Shown piece after piece: positions 1-13,935 of a stretch of DNA of 64,000 nucleotides. Source of the stretch: Lama guanicoe (Eukaryota); contig MU053561.1 of the NCBI GenBank assembly GCA_013239625.1, forward strand, positions 3,674,283-3,738,282, written 5' to 3'. Made by a program: the position numbers and the translations under genes. Numbering within the stretch: the first letter of the stretch is position 1; each line of letters opens with the position of its first letter. The notes beneath the pieces were generated by a model that was not told the DNA's origin, made no database searches, and saw only the letters and a program-made list of their open reading frames with translations.

Positions 1-2564
1 AAAATGGTTCCAGGAATCCCATGAGAGGGTGGATGTGAGCCTCTAAATTTTCTCCGTGGTCAAAAAAGCCTATGTTGCCTTCTCAATTCCCTGGACTCCA
101 GACCTACACTAAGGAAAATATTCTGCCAGGTCCAGGGCTGGGTCTGTCCAGGATAGAAGGAGGGGGAGGCAGTTCCCAGGGTACACCCGCGATCTCCGCC
201 CTGGGCAGACAGTGCGGGGAGAGTCGGCTCCTTTCCTCTGAACAGTTTAGGAAGGTGACTTCCCATGTTTGTTTGTTTGTTTTTCATCATAACTCCCTGT
301 GACCTAGTGCACACAGACACAGACATACACAAGTGGAACTAGTCTCATAGAACAACACTTGTTTGGGGAATACTTGGCTTAACAAATTCTCTTGTCTTCT
401 ATTTTATTGTTCTTTTCTGTTCTATTCTGTTGTAGTTCATTAAAAAAAGAAACTGACCCAAACCTATGAAACTGATTTCCCTCTCCAGTGATGAGTTGCC
501 ACCCCCAGGGGGAAAAACTTGGGGAATTTCTAGGGGTTAGAAGGTTACAAACTAGAAGTTCATCACTCCTCACATGAGGGCCATCCCATTCTGATGAAAA
601 TCCAAAGGTACTGTGTCAAAGGTCAATGTTTCGTCTGTTGCTTTAAGGACTGACACTGAAACACCCAGAAACAGCCCCACGCACAGGGTGAGGAGGTCAC
701 TGCCTGACTCAGGGCCTTGAAGTGCCAATCAGTGAGTCACACATCTGTCACTGACCTACGGTGGGCCTTGGGGTGTGCTGTGGATACAGGGAACGTCAAC
801 ACTCAGGGGGCCCACGGCCTCATGTGGGAATTACAGTGAAATACAAGTGAAAAGCCGCAAAGCCACGGGGTCACTCTAATAGTAGGGCAGCACGGGGTCC
901 TCAGGGAGAGCTGTGGAAGGCGTGACAAGGAAGAACTGGTTTGTGAAAATGAGGAGAATTTACTGGGCACATAAGCAAGGGCGGGGAGGGACCCACAGGA
1001 GCTAAGACTGTGATAGCTCCGAAATATTTTCTCACCTCGCTAGCTTTTTCCTAAAATTTGGCCACCAGAGCCTCATTCCTTTGGGTGAAATTTTTACCCC
1101 TCGTCCAGCCCCTCTGGCAGAGGTAGTCTTTGAAGATGTTGCCCTCATTTACTCCTCCACCTGACCAAGTCTGAGCTCTGAGTCAGAGCAGGGTTTGCGG
1201 GGGAAGGGGAGGAAGGGGAGACCTCACGTCACTAGAGCTTAGGGCGGACCAAGGCCAAGGCAAGTGGCGCCGGGAGGCACTGCACTCAAACCTTGCTTTC
1301 TGTTCGGCCGGGGTCTAGCTCTGGAGGGCGGGCGCTCTGTACATAGTTCTATCCAGATGCTCTGTAAATGCTTGTTGAATGAATGAGTGAAAGTGAGAGC
1401 TCAAAAGCATCTTGAGAACCATCTAGACTGCTCTGAACCCCTCAGCAATGCAGCCTCGCAGGGTGTGACCTACATAGCCGAGCAAGGCTTTCCACATTGT
1501 GAAGAGGAAAAATCGGTTCACTTCTTTAGAGTGGACTAGTCCCTTGGATGGGCAGGCAGCCTGGGGTCCTGGCACAGAAGTAGCTACATTATCCCGGTAG
1601 CTGCCCTCCAGGCTGACCAGCTGCTCCCGTTGCTTCTCAGGTCCTAGGCTGCTCCTGTGCATCCCTTCTGTGGGGTCTTTCTGCTCTTCCCGCGTAGGGG
1701 CCCCGCTTCAGCTCATCCCCACACTCGACCTGCCCAGGGGCTCACCTTGAGCACCCCTGGGTATTCAGTGGCAGGATCACTACCTAAAAATGATTGGAAA
1801 TGGCCTCTGCCAGCAGGAGAGGGTTATTCTTCTGACTGATTTTCCAGTGCTGATTAGCAGGTCATTTCCCAATAATTTTTAGGTGGTGATTCCAGCACAG
1901 ATAAACCATCAGGCTCCATCAGGGGGTGGCAGGGAGGGGCTAGATCCATCATCTGTGGTGGAACCTGAACCCTGTGCGGTGTGGGCCTCTGGGTTCTGCT
2001 GCTGTTTGGTGAGTGTCTTGGTGCCACAGTTCTCAGTCTGCCAGGACCCCAACAGGCTGAGCTGCCTTCTCTGTTCAGGTCTGTCTCCTAATCCATCTGT
2101 AGGTCAGGGAAAATATCTTTGGTAGGGTGACTGCAGCCCCCTCACTCTCCATGGCCCAATGTCCTTGACATAACTTGTACATGGCCATCCCGTGCATCCA
2201 ACTCCAGATGAGGTCGGGTGCTTAGGGAAAGCAGACAGCCGGGGGTCCTAGTGACTGAACTTCTCTTCTGCTGACTGATCCTGGGCAAGTCACAGATAAT
2301 GCATTCCATTTTACTCGTCTTAAAAAATCAACCACGTGCTTTCTACCTCAGTGAATTCAGAGAATTAAATGAAAGGTGAATAAAAAATTCTCGTGAGATT
2401 ATAAGAAGCTATACAAGTGTTAGGTGTAATTTAAGTTGATTACTACTTTGGAAATTAATCTATCTGGAATGTTCATTGAATGCCTAAAATATCTATATGG
2501 TACTTATCAAATATTAATCCCCTTCACCTGCCACTTGAAATATAGCCCATGTTCTTGGCCAATT

Positions 2565-2900
2565 GCGATAGTTCTCAAACTTGGGTGCACGTTGGAATCA
2601 CCTAAGGAGTTTTTAAAAGTGCCTATGCCTGGGTCTGATCCCCTCCCCAGACAGATTTAATTGATGAAGGGGTAAGAGATAGCACCTAAGTGCTACAGCT
2701 TTTAAAAGCTCTAACGTGCAGCCAAGTTTGTGGACCACTTGAGGCTTGATGCTCAAAGTGTGGACCCCAGACCACACCAGTGGCAAAGATATCACTTGGG
2801 GACTTGTTGCGTTTAAACAGGATCCCTTCGCAAGCACGTTAAAGTTTACAAAGCACTGTACCGATCTATTGGGTTGTGAAATTTTCCAGATGACCAGAAT
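2565..2900. mobile_element. MER5-like hAT MITE fragments
   Basis: gttctcaaacttgggtgcacgttggaatcacct...gcagccaagtttgtggaccact resembles the MER5 consensus; a second fragment follows. Confidence 0.55.
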
Positions 2901-3051
2901 CATGTTGCACCTGCTTGACCTTTGGTCTGTTGACTCCCCTGAAAGACAATGAACACGCCAGCATTCCTCTGATTTGGAGAGCCGCTGAGATGTTAAGTTG
3001 GTTTGGGGACTGCAGGGATTCAGGTCTGCACTGGGACTCAGCCAGGACTCC

Positions 3052-3498
3052 TGTTACCGAACTCAAGTTCGTGCGCCTGACCCACAGTGAGGCCAAACAA
3101 ACCGAAATGTCATTTTGCAGCAGAGAAAGTTTTAGTGCAGGGCCGAGCAAGGAGAATGGATGGCTTGTGCCCACAAAACCCCTGAACTCCCTGAAGGGTT
3201 TCAGCTGAGCATATTTAAAAGCCAGGTAAGGGTGGGGCAGCCCAAGATGGCTGATCAGCTGTGCACAGTTCTGATTGGTTGGTGGTGATCAATCCTTAGG
3301 CGCCAGTAGGTCTGGCGCTACGTGCTCATGGTCATCAAGTAGTTAATTTCTCCCATTTGGTGGTGGTTTTTAGCATCTGAAAAACTCAGGAAATAGCATG
3401 GCATACTATTATCTGAGTCCTTCAGAGAGGAGCTCCAGCAGAGGATATGAGGGAGGGGTCTGTCCCAGGAAGGCCCCCTAGGGTCCTGCTCGGTTACA
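3052..3498 (-). mobile_element. ERV1-class solo LTR
   Basis: About 447 bp bounded by TGT...ACA. Minus strand starts tgtaaccgagcaggaccct and has a CCAAT element and a degenerate poly(A) signal. Subfamily not assigned. Confidence 0.65.
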
Positions 3499-4009
3499 CT
3501 GTCTTCCCCCACTGCCCCCTTGCTCACACAGTCAGTGACTAGTACTTTGGACCCCTTTAGAAGGGCAAGGTCTGGGACTGTGGGAAGCCTTCCCCTATAG
3601 GAGAGGTTTCCAGTGGAATTACAGGGGTTTGTAAGGCCAGATCAAGAGGTGCCTTTCTAAGTAACCGTGGGTCAGGGTCCGGGATTTACCTTCAGAAAGA
3701 AAGGAAAAGGATCTATGTAGTTGCCGTGTCACGTTGCCCTTTTCTCCAAAAGACATGACAAGTCTGAGAACCCTGGAGGTATATGAAGATGTTAGCATGT
3801 TTAATGGGAAATTACAGGAAAGCTTCTTCGAGTAAACTGGCAAGTTGCTCTATAAGGTAGAAATAAGTCTTGTGAGCACCCAAATAGAAATATTCACTCT
3901 TTCATTTATTCATCAAATATTCATGCACTGCTTACTTAGAAAATGCAGATGGCACGGTCCCTAATAACTAAGGAGATGTTCTTTTTTCGGTTGATGGTAA
4001 GAACTCACT

Positions 4010-4530
4010 TCCTTTAGGTCTGTGTTTAAGTGTCAGCTTATGAAAGAAGTTATCTCCCTGACCACCTATATAAGTCGCTCTCCGAGCATTCCCGTATCCC
4101 TGGACCCTACTTTATTTTTCTCCATAGCACTTGGCTGACGTAGTGCAAATTGTCCAACACTCCTATAGAGTGTAAAACCCACAGAGACAAAGACTTTATT
4201 CTCTTTGCTGTATGCCAGCACCTAGATCAGTGTCCCATCATACTGGGCTCTCAACAATGTTTGTTGAATGAATGTTGAACGAACAGAAGAGGGAGGAGTA
4301 GGAAAAAGCACTTATTATGAACTTACCATAAAACATGTCCAACATGGGTGCTTTGCATATGTCATTTTGTTGAATTCTTACAACATATTCTCACATTATA
4401 TATAAAGAAATGAACCCATAGCACTGAATGGAAATTGCCCAAAGTCACAAAGCTATAAAACAGCACAGCATGAAGCAGGATTTGAACTCACATCTATTTG
4501 GTTCCAAACATCATGCTTCTTCCACTACAC
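4010..4530. mobile_element. L2 3' end followed by MIR
   Basis: L2 tail (tgttgaatgaatg) and MIR core (cccaaagtcacaaagcta...ggatttgaactc). Confidence 0.55.
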
Positions 4531-7289
4531 CCGGAAACAGCTGAATGGGATTGCTTAGCATTTGAAAGCAGTGCCAGCTTATAGAAGCACAAGTGTCTCT
4601 AATTTGTATTCTGGATTTTCACCCACACTTGAGCAATGTTACATTTCGCAGCTGGACTATGTGTTGAACCGAAGTGATCAGTGTGAGTAAAGGGACTAAT
4701 GCTTAGCACCTACTTGGTATTTAATAAATGTTTGTTGGGTGAGTGGATGGGGGAATGGATGGAGAGAAGAGAAAAAGGCCAGGAAAAAAGTAGAAAAAAA
4801 AGAAAGAAAAAGGCAAGGAATTACAGATGCATTGCCTATGTTGGAAGTATTTTTCTCTTGGATATCTTTTTTAAATTAAATTAACTTTTAAAAAGAATTG
4901 AATGGAAATGTAAAAACTCAAACTGAATCTGTCAGATTCAAGGAACTGTTTGTCTTTGCTTAATGCCACTGAAAAATGGGTAAAAGATATATTTTTTAAA
5001 CCATGGGCCTCTCAGTCCAAAATACATACACAGCATGGGCAGAAACCTCTGGGCTCTAGAAGGCTGACACTGCCTTCAAACCTATTTAGCACTGGCAGAT
5101 GTCCCAGTGGTTGCATTTCCAAAGCCCAAGAGAGGAAGACAAAATGAAGTTTCTGGAGTCAAGTGAATCTACAGATGGAATGATGTGGGAACACTGAGCA
5201 GAGAATAGCAACACACACAGGATTCAGGTATTTCTTCCAACTGTCGGTTGCCCAAAGATGGCATTCTCCAAACTTGCACCTGCTGCACTCAGAAAACTCA
5301 GATGAGGTCAAGCTTATTTTGGTTTGGCTTCGAGCATCACCCCTCATGCAGAGCTAGTACTCTCAGAAGATGGACACCCAGGCTCACTCTTAAGTTGCCC
5401 TTCTCCTCAGAGCCCAAGTACCACGGAAATATTTGATGCACGTTTGCTGTGCACTTCTCGATAACACGACTAGAGCCTGGGGTGAGATGGTGAAAAGAGC
5501 ATGGATTGGTTGATTATAGCCAGATTCTTCCTTCCACAGACAGAATTAATGGGGAAATGGAGATTTTACAAAATGACATAGACACCGTTGATTCGGAGGT
5601 TTTAGACCACTGGAACCTTCCTCTCTCACGACTCCCACCCCAAAAGCCCTCAATAATACTCGAGCCCGAACAGGATGTCAGGGCATCGTATCCCTGAGAT
5701 AGACCTCCTCCCAGAGTTAGGAATGTTTGAATGGAGATGTGCGAGACCACGAAAGCCACCACAGTAAAACCGTGATTAGGACTACTGCAGTTTCGAGCAG
5801 TAAAATAAACACAGAATCTGCTTCAGACTCACCAGATGTTTCTTTAAAGGCCGCAGCTCTGCTCCCCTGCAGTGGAGATTCCCCAGTTGGTGTGGAGTAT
5901 TTTTGTATCATGATCAGCCCAGCTGAACATCTGAAAGGACTTGTTCCACCAAGAAAGCCAGTCCCCACAGAGTCCTGAGTCTACACCATGGAGCCTCTGG
6001 GTTGCCTCTTCCATAGTCTGGATTTGGCTTTATCCTGATTAGTTCTTTCTGTTTGGACAGACACGTGGGAAAATGGCCAAGGCGCCATCTTGCAGTGCGA
6101 TGGGCTGGGCAGGCCACAGCCGCTTCTCAGTGCCGGCGAGGGGAGAGGCTGTTCCAGGAGACCCCCCCCCCCGCCCCCAGCCAGGCAGGCCTCTCCTCAC
6201 CAGCTGCTGCGTGCGGGGCAGGGAGGCAGGCCAACAGGTCCCCCCTCACACGCTCACCTGCCTCCACCTTACCCCACCATGGCTCCACATCCCCCAGCCT
6301 TTCCTTAGCCTGACCACACATACCCGGCTTACTTATGGAGACCTGAGAGCATTGCCCAAACCCCAAAGAAAAAGTGAACACAGCCCAGAAACAGCAGCCC
6401 ACACTCTGGCCTGGCCAGGGGAGAGGCGCACACTTAGGAGTGAGACTCCGTGGGTCTGTCCTTGGCTCTCCAGACCGCAGGCAGGTCACTGAGCATCTCA
6501 AGGCCGAGCGCCTTCCTTGTGAAACAGAAACCACAGTCCCCTGGTCCCAGGGTTCCTCTGAAGAGAAAAGAGGGGCGTGTGTAGAGTGAGGGGTCCCCGT
6601 CGTGCTCAGGAAAAGACTGTTCTCACACTTACTGTGTATGTGAAAGCACGTTGAAATCGCCGACTCTTGGGTTAGTTTCCCATGGTATTTGTTGTCATTA
6701 GCAGATGTTAGCCAAATAAACACTAGTCAGACACTTCAGAAAGTTCAGCCAAGCAGTCGCAGGTTTTTCATCTGCTTTTTAATGTGAGCCATGGGGGAGA
6801 CACGGCAAAGAGCCCTTATTTACATTATTATTTAAGCCGTTACTTTACATTTAGAAGCGCTCTCCATCAGCGGCAGCCCTCCCACGTGTCCTCTGTTTTT
6901 TATTTTTCTTTTAATGAGGGGCACCATCCTATGGGATGGTTAGTTAGGAAAGGGACAGTCTCTCCCTGGCTCCAGGAATGTGGTAGATACTGTGTGGGAC
7001 GCCTCTTCCCAGGGAGGGCAGGGCGGGGGCGACCAGACGGCTTTGGCGTTTGGGCTGCCAGGCTGCATTTTCACAGGCTTTCGGGGACAGAACTCAGCTG
7101 AGAAAAATTAGAAAAGGGCATAGCCTAGCTCCATGTCAGTCCAATCCATTTTTCAAAAGTCCCATCGCAACAGTATGTTTAGTACGAAGTAAAAATCTAG
7201 CCTCCAGGAACAGCCTCCCTCCCTCAGTCATTTTGGACATCACAAAATGCTACCTAGGGAGGTTGTGCCCATGTCAGAGATGGTTGTAG

Positions 7290-8300
7290 AGCCGTGGTCC
7301 TCAACTGGAGACCTGGGACCTTGTCAGATATGCAAATTCTTTTGTTTACTGAAGTATAGTCAGTTTACAATGTGTTAATTTCTGGTGTACAACATAGTGA
7401 TTTAGTTATATACATATATATTCCTTTTCATATTCTTTTTCATTATAGGCTATTACAAGATGCTGAATAAAGTTCCCTGTGCTGTACAGTAGGACCTTGT
7501 TTTTCATCTGTTTTATATATAGTAGTTAGTATCTGCAAATCTCAAACTCCTAATTTATTCCTCTCCCCCCTTTTTTCCCCTGGTAACCACTATTATATTT
7601 TCTATGTCTATGAGTCTCTTTCGGTTTTGTAAATAAGTTCATTTGTGTCATTTTTTTAGATTCTACATCTGAGTGATACCATATTGTATTTCTCTTTGTC
7701 TGACTTACCTTACTTAGTATGAGAATCTCCAGGTCCATCCACATTGCTGCAAAAGGCATTATTTTATCATTTTTATAACTAAGTAGTATTCCATTGTATA
7801 AATATACTACAGCTTCTTTATCCAGTCATCTGTCAAAGGACAGCTTGCTTCCATGTCTTGGCTATTGTGTATAGTACTCCTATGAACATTGGGGTGCATG
7901 TATCTTTTTGAATTAGAGTTCCCTCCAGATATATGCCCAGGAGTGGAATTGCTGGATCATATGGTAAGTCTACTTTTAGTCTTTTGAGGAATCTCCATAC
8001 TGTTTTCCATAACGGCTGCACCAAACTACATTCCCACCAACAGTGTAGGAGGGTTCCCTTTCCTCCACAGCCTCTCCAGCATTTATCATTTGTGGACTTT
8101 TTGATGATGATCATTCTGACTGATGTGAGGTGATACTTCATTGTAGTTTTGATTTACCTCTCTCTGATAGTTAAGATGTGCGAATTCTTGGGTCCCATTC
8201 CACACCTACTGAATCAGGAATTCTGGCGTGGGCCTAGCAATCTGTCTTTTACAAGGCTTCCCTCCAGGTCATGCTGACACAGGCTCAAGTTCAGGAACCT
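7290..8300. mobile_element. MER5A-like MITE split by an L1 insertion
   Basis: Left part gtggtcctcaact...tgcaaattct; right part cctactgaatcaggaattctgg...ctcaagttcaggaacc. Confidence 0.6.
7342..8173 (-). mobile_element. 5'-truncated LINE-1 (ORF2 C-terminus plus 3'UTR)
   Basis: ORF 7833..8141 gives [33 protein letters not shown] (L1 ORF2p C-terminal region). Diverged TSD at 7326-7341 and 8174-8189. Confidence 0.92.
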
Positions 8301-8399
8301 TTGACTCATTGTAATGGAGTTGCCCTGTGGTGAATTTATAGGGAACAGATATTCATAAGTGCTTGCGTGTATGTTACTCCTGCAAGAATTAGATCTCAT

Positions 8400-8730
8400 T
8401 TTCTCAGATTAGAAAAAAGAGATCAGAGAAGATGTGACCTGCCCAGAGTCTCGTAGCTGTAGCAGAGCCAGGATTCAGGCCCAGGTCCCTCTGAGGCCCA
8501 GGTGAAGTGGGTGGAATGTAATGGATGAGAGCTTGGGCCCTGGAGCCAGAGTGTCAGGGTTGGCATCCCAGCTGTGTCTCTTAAGCGCTGTGTGGCCCTG
8601 GGCAAGTTGGTTAACCTCTCTGTGCCTCTATTTCCTCATCTCAAATTTCTACTTCATGTAGGTTTTGTGAAGTTTCAATAAGATGATTCATGTAGAGTGC
8701 CGGGGCAGCATCACAAACACCCATCAGATA
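8400..8730. mobile_element. MIR SINE fragments
   Basis: MIR core motif ctgggcaagttggttaacctctctgtgcctctatttcctcatct. Confidence 0.6.
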
Positions 8731-10894
8731 CTAGTTTTTATTGTTGTTGTTGTACTGCTTCTCAATGTGGTGGAGTGGAAAGAAGACAGCATTGGCCTTG
8801 GGGTCTCTTCCTTAGCTTTGACGAAGGTGATAGCCCAAAAGTGCCAATGAGAGCAGTCGACAGCCCCCCTTCTCCCCAAGGCTCTTTCAGAGGCCACCCA
8901 ATCCAGCCCCGAGAGGCCCCAACGTTCACTTGAATCTCATAACATAGCTGTCCCCCTCCCTTGCCTGCCTCCTGCAGGGACACATCATGTGCCAGCCCCC
9001 CAGCTATACATAGCCCAGGCCTCATCTGAGGGCGGTGGAAAGTGACAGGAGATTACCGGAGAGGAACGTCAGCCCTCCGGCCTCGGGGGGGACACGCACA
9101 GTAGTTGAATTGCTTGACATGTGGCCAGATGGTATCAGGGACAGTGGGTGAAAAGAGCCATTTGGCTCTTGGCTTACATGGGAAGAGCAGGATTGCAGCC
9201 AGGGTATTTTTAATGACTGGCCTGAGGGACATGTACTTGGAGCAAAGATCTGTCACATTTTTCCCCAGGCTCCTCAGCCCTCAACTCTTTTCAGATTTTT
9301 GACCCTGCAGAAAGTGACCCCCTCCCCACCACCACCAGCTCCCTTCCATAAGTAAGCATTCCCTGGTCTCTGCTACCCACACCCTCCCCACCGTCCTCTG
9401 ACCATGAAGCACATAGGTCTTTCTCCTCCAGATTTTCACAACAGTTTGCCTTTGAGAGCATTTTAGTGCCAAAAGATTCCATGAAAATCAAAATATTCCA
9501 ACTCAGTGGACTGTTTCCAAGTGTTGTGATTTACCTGACTGCCTGCATCTACTGCTTCTCTGTCTGTGTGAGTGGAGGGTTCTATTTGCATGGATTAAAG
9601 AAAACTTTGAATAAAATGCAAAAAAACAATGTTGCTTTCTTCCTGTCTGTCCCTGGATTAGGGCTGAGATGTCCTACAGAGGGACTGGCCTTGGAGGGAC
9701 ATAGACAGATAGGGCCTGGCGTCTCGCCTGCGCGGTCCTCTGAGGCCCAGGGGGCAGTCACGCAGCCCAGGGAGCGTGTCCGCTGGTGCTGGGTTAGTTT
9801 CCCCCTCCTTTCATGGCAAACTTCTTGGCCAAGTGATCCCACACCTGCTCTAACGTGTCCTTGCCACCCACTCAACAGCCTCACTCCCAGTGCTTTGGCT
9901 TCTGTCCCAGCTCCTCGCTAAAGGTCACCCGTGACTTACCATTCTGAAAGGAGAGACTTCATGGTGGTCCCACCTCCATGACTCCCTGTGGCGTCTGATC
10001 CAACCACCTGCTTGTTCTCAAGCTTCTCCCCTCTCATGAATTTGGAGTCACAACAGTGTCTTCCTTGTCCTCCTACCTCTCCCACTGTCCTTTCCTGCCT
10101 CCTACAAGGCAGGGTCCTTGACCCCATGGTTTTCCCATCCATCCTCCTCATGCCTTCACTTCTCACTTGCATGGCTCCTCTGGGACCTTCACCCCTGGCT
10201 CCAGGTTGGCACCTCCAGCTCTTGGCTGGATTTCCATTGCCATGAAGTCATGGCATCCAAATCCAAGCTGAGAAGCTTGCTCCTGGTTCTGTCATGCCCT
10301 CCTGACATCTCTGTGTGTCCTCCATCTGTTCTCTGGCTGGAGACCCTGGAATCATCTTGCCCCGTCCTCTCCTTAGTTCCTCCGCTTTTCTCTCCAAAGT
10401 CATGAAACTGTTTCCGGGGCTGACTGATGCTCACCCTATAACATCACTTCACAGATTACTTTATCTACCACCTTAGTTGGAGACCAGTCACCTCCCACTC
10501 AGACTCTAGCATCAGCCTCCCAACTGGTCCCATTTCCTCCCACTCTCCTTCCTATCTGTCTGGTCGATGCCCTCAGATCAACCGTCCCCAGACTCAAATT
10601 AGCCATATTGTTCTGCTACCAGAATGTCTCCCATATTGGAACTGCTAGTCCTAATATTCAAAGTCCCTCACGCTGATTTTCTAATATGCCTTAAACACAC
10701 TCTTCTTTTCAGCTCCCCCAGTAAGCCCTTTGCTCAGGTAAGCCTGTCTGTTCTCGTCCACTCACGCTGTGTGTTTGTCCCTCCAAACCTTCTCTTATTT
10801 CTGCCATTTTTTTCTTCCTGGGACATCCTTGCTGCTCTCCTCTGCCTACCAGACTCTCCTCCTCTTTCAAGGTCTAGTTCACCTCCCTCTTTCT

Positions 10895-11450
10895 TCCATT
10901 CATTCATTTAATCAACTAATTTTTTTTTTTGAGCTCTCTTCTGCTCAAGTACCATACTGGGTGCTAGAGATAGCGTGTGGAGAAAACCAGACATGAGCAT
11001 GGAGCTTACAGGCTCACGTGTGGAGAGTTGATAGACACATGATCATGTCAGTTCACGAGAAAGACTTGTGAAGGAGGAGCCCAGGGCACCATGGACAACT
11101 GTGAAAAGGGCACCCAGTTTAGACTGGGAGTCAGGAAATGCCTTTGAGCAACTGACATTTATGTGTAGACCTCAAGGATAAATAGGAGTTGGCAAAGGAT
11201 GGAAGGAAGGATCTTCTGGAGAGAGGGAAGGGCATGCGCAGAAGCAGGATGTGTGGAGTGTCTTTGCATGACTGGGACAAGGCGTCCCCGCAGGCAGCTG
11301 CAGCCCAGCCCGTGCCTTGGCCTAGGGCTTGGGAGACAGTGTGGCCCCAGATAAAGTTGGAGAGGCAGGGGGCCAAACAGTGCAAGGCCTTGTTGGCGGG
11401 GTTAGGGATTTGGGATTTCACCTTGAGTGTGTGGAAATTAAACCCACAAG
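10895..11450 (-). mobile_element. L2 fragment
   Basis: cattcattcattt tail followed by L2-like body sequence. Confidence 0.5.
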
Positions 11451-11729
11451 CCATACTATAGCCTACTAAGCTCTGTGTGTTTTGACCTCCCTGCCCATGA
11501 GGTCTCTTTCTATACCTCCAAAGCCCTTTTTTCTGTCCTAGTCCTTTAGCACTTATCAGCTAATATTTCATTAGCTTCTTCCCTAATGAAATCACAAGGT
11601 CCTTGACTCTGGAATGTTCTGGAATGTTCCTGAATGTTCCTTACACTTTTGTTTACTGTGGAGCCTTAATCATAGCAGGTCCTCATTTAGTAGTTTTTGT
11701 TATCTTTCCATTCTAATACACTAGGCTTT

Positions 11730-11897
11730 ATTTTTCTTTTTTTTTGTTAATCATTTCATTTATTTTTATTTTTGGAGGAGGGAGATAATTATGTTAATTT
11801 TTTGATTTATTTTTTGATAGAGGTATGGGGATTGAACCCAGGACCACATGCATGCTAAGCATGCACTCTACCACTGAGCTCTACCCTCCCTCACCCA
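11730..11897 (-). mobile_element. Camelid tRNA-derived SINE (Vic-1 type)
   Basis: Reverse complement gggagggtagagctcagtggtagagtgcatgcttagcatgcatgtggtcctgggttcaatcccc has A/B boxes and an A-rich tail. Confidence 0.85.
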
Positions 11898-13739
11898 GCT
11901 TCGGTATTTTTGAATGGCTACCAGGTTTGAAAACCTATCCGAAACAGCCTTACAAATAAATATCAATATTGTCCATGTTTTACAGCAGAGTCACAGCACT
12001 TATGGCCAAGTCAGGAACCCAGGTGTCTGATGCCAAGCCATGTACTCTTAACCACTAGGATATACTGTCCCTGGGTCATTCATTCATTTAAAGAGATCTA
12101 TTTCAACTTCATCATTACAGAAGTAACAATGGTACAATAAATACCTATGTAATGCAATATTTAAAAAGAGAGAGAAAGAACATACTGTGAATATCCACTC
12201 TTTTGCTATAGAGTTATGCATATTATTTAATATAACTTTTTAATATAAAGTTATTCTTATCCTCAAAAATAATCGGCAATGGTCAAAGCAAACCCTGATG
12301 TTTCTGGAAAGAATGAGCACTGCCCCAGTGCTCAGGGCTGCACGTACCAACCCATAAGAGACAACCCCATTCTCTAAGATGGACCATCTAAGAAGTAAAC
12401 AACAAAACAAACAAAGAAGCAAACAAAACCACAGGGGAACAATTATAAGTTAATGGGAGAAAACTGTAATCCAATCTGAAAGGAGTATTCAGGTTTTCTG
12501 GGAATTTAGGAGAAATATTGATGCTATCTATTCTCCTCCTCATATTTGGAACTTTTAATCACTGTAATTGGTGACAATTGCCTCTTCCTCATTTGGCTCA
12601 AAAGTCCCTTGTAAACTTAAGTTCTTGGGCCAGTTCATCCATTCATCCAAGTTATGCCAAGTGTCTCTAAGGAACTATGTAAGACACAAAAGAAGAACAA
12701 AATGGGCTCCTTCTGCTTAGGGAGGAAATGTGCACAAGGAACTCTAATGCAAAATAAGTGTCAGAGTGCTGTGTCCCTGCAGTGGGCTATTGGAATCACA
12801 GAGAGGAGCCTGGAGTGAAAGATGAGTCCGGAGCTGGACTTTGCAGCCAACGCCAGGCTGGCAGCAACCTGAGAGGGCACGGTGAGACTGGGGTGTGGGA
12901 GACTGGAGAAAGGAAAATATGAAATCTAGGACCAGAGCAAAGATGGAGGTAAGATCAAGTCAAGCAGGGGAGGCAGACCATGTCAGTTCTACCCTACAGC
13001 CCAGCAGGGGCTCCTGGTCCTGGGGGGAACGGGTCGGGTTAGGAGGCAGCCCAGAAGCCCTGGTCTTTTACTGCAGCCCTTCTCTGCCAACCCAGTCTCA
13101 CTGCTCCCTCTTGGGTGGCTGCCAGTCCTGGCCACCCTTGGCTTAGGCTCAAGAAGGGTGCTTGCTAGGGCAGATGGAAGTGATGACAGAGCTCAAGTGG
13201 GCCGGCTTTGGGCCTAATCAGGGTGGGAGGCGAGAGTGATGCTGCAGGGATTGTGTGTAAGGATGCCAAGGAGGAGGTGGGCAGGTCTCAGCTAGCACCA
13301 GTTCCGGGCCCATCAGTGACTGCCAGTTCTGTCTCTCCATCCGTGTCGAGAACAGCAATGGCTGTGCTTAAACAGAAAACCAGAAAAACAGCACTGAGTT
13401 TGTCTGAGATAGCACCTTCCACTCAAGTATCTTCAAATGTCACATAGAAATATCAATAAGGTAACAAGAAGGTGATGCTTTACAAGCCTACGAGAAGCAC
13501 ACATTTGTGTTTATCTAAAAACCCATAAAATGTGGTGGTGTAAGCGCAGGAGAGGTCAGAGTTAAATTCTCTGTTTAATTCTGAGAGTTAATCTCTAATA
13601 TTCTTACTGTTATTATTATTTTTCTTAATATTTCTCTCCTACATGTAAGGTAGGGGGGCCAACAGGGCTGAACATGGGCCCACAGGTCACAGTTGGAAAA
13701 CATTTTGCCACATCACTTCTGGATGAACTGACAAGCATT

Positions 13740-13935
13740 TATAGCAGTTTTCCAGAGTGTGGTACAGGATCTACTGCGTCAGAATCACAGGGTGTGGTAG
13801 CGTGGTTTATGAAAATGTGCATTCCTGAGCTCCACCCCAGCTCTGTTCTCTGCTTTCCGGTGCTGAGGTCTGGGCGGTCCCATTTTAACCAGTGTTCCAG
13901 GTGAGTCTTATGCACACTGAAGTTTAAGAACCGTG
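13740..13935. mobile_element. MER5-like MITE
   Basis: gcagttttccagagtgtggt...cagaatcac...cattttaacc...tgaagtttaagaacc. Confidence 0.55.

Noticed and set aside
5506..5978. Unique-looking ORF pair considered as a processed pseudogene
   Set aside because: No recognisable protein, poly-A tail or TSD
6073..6723. Overlapping 139-aa and 198-aa ORFs in intron 1
   Set aside because: GC-rich, stop-poor sequence; no domain or splice support
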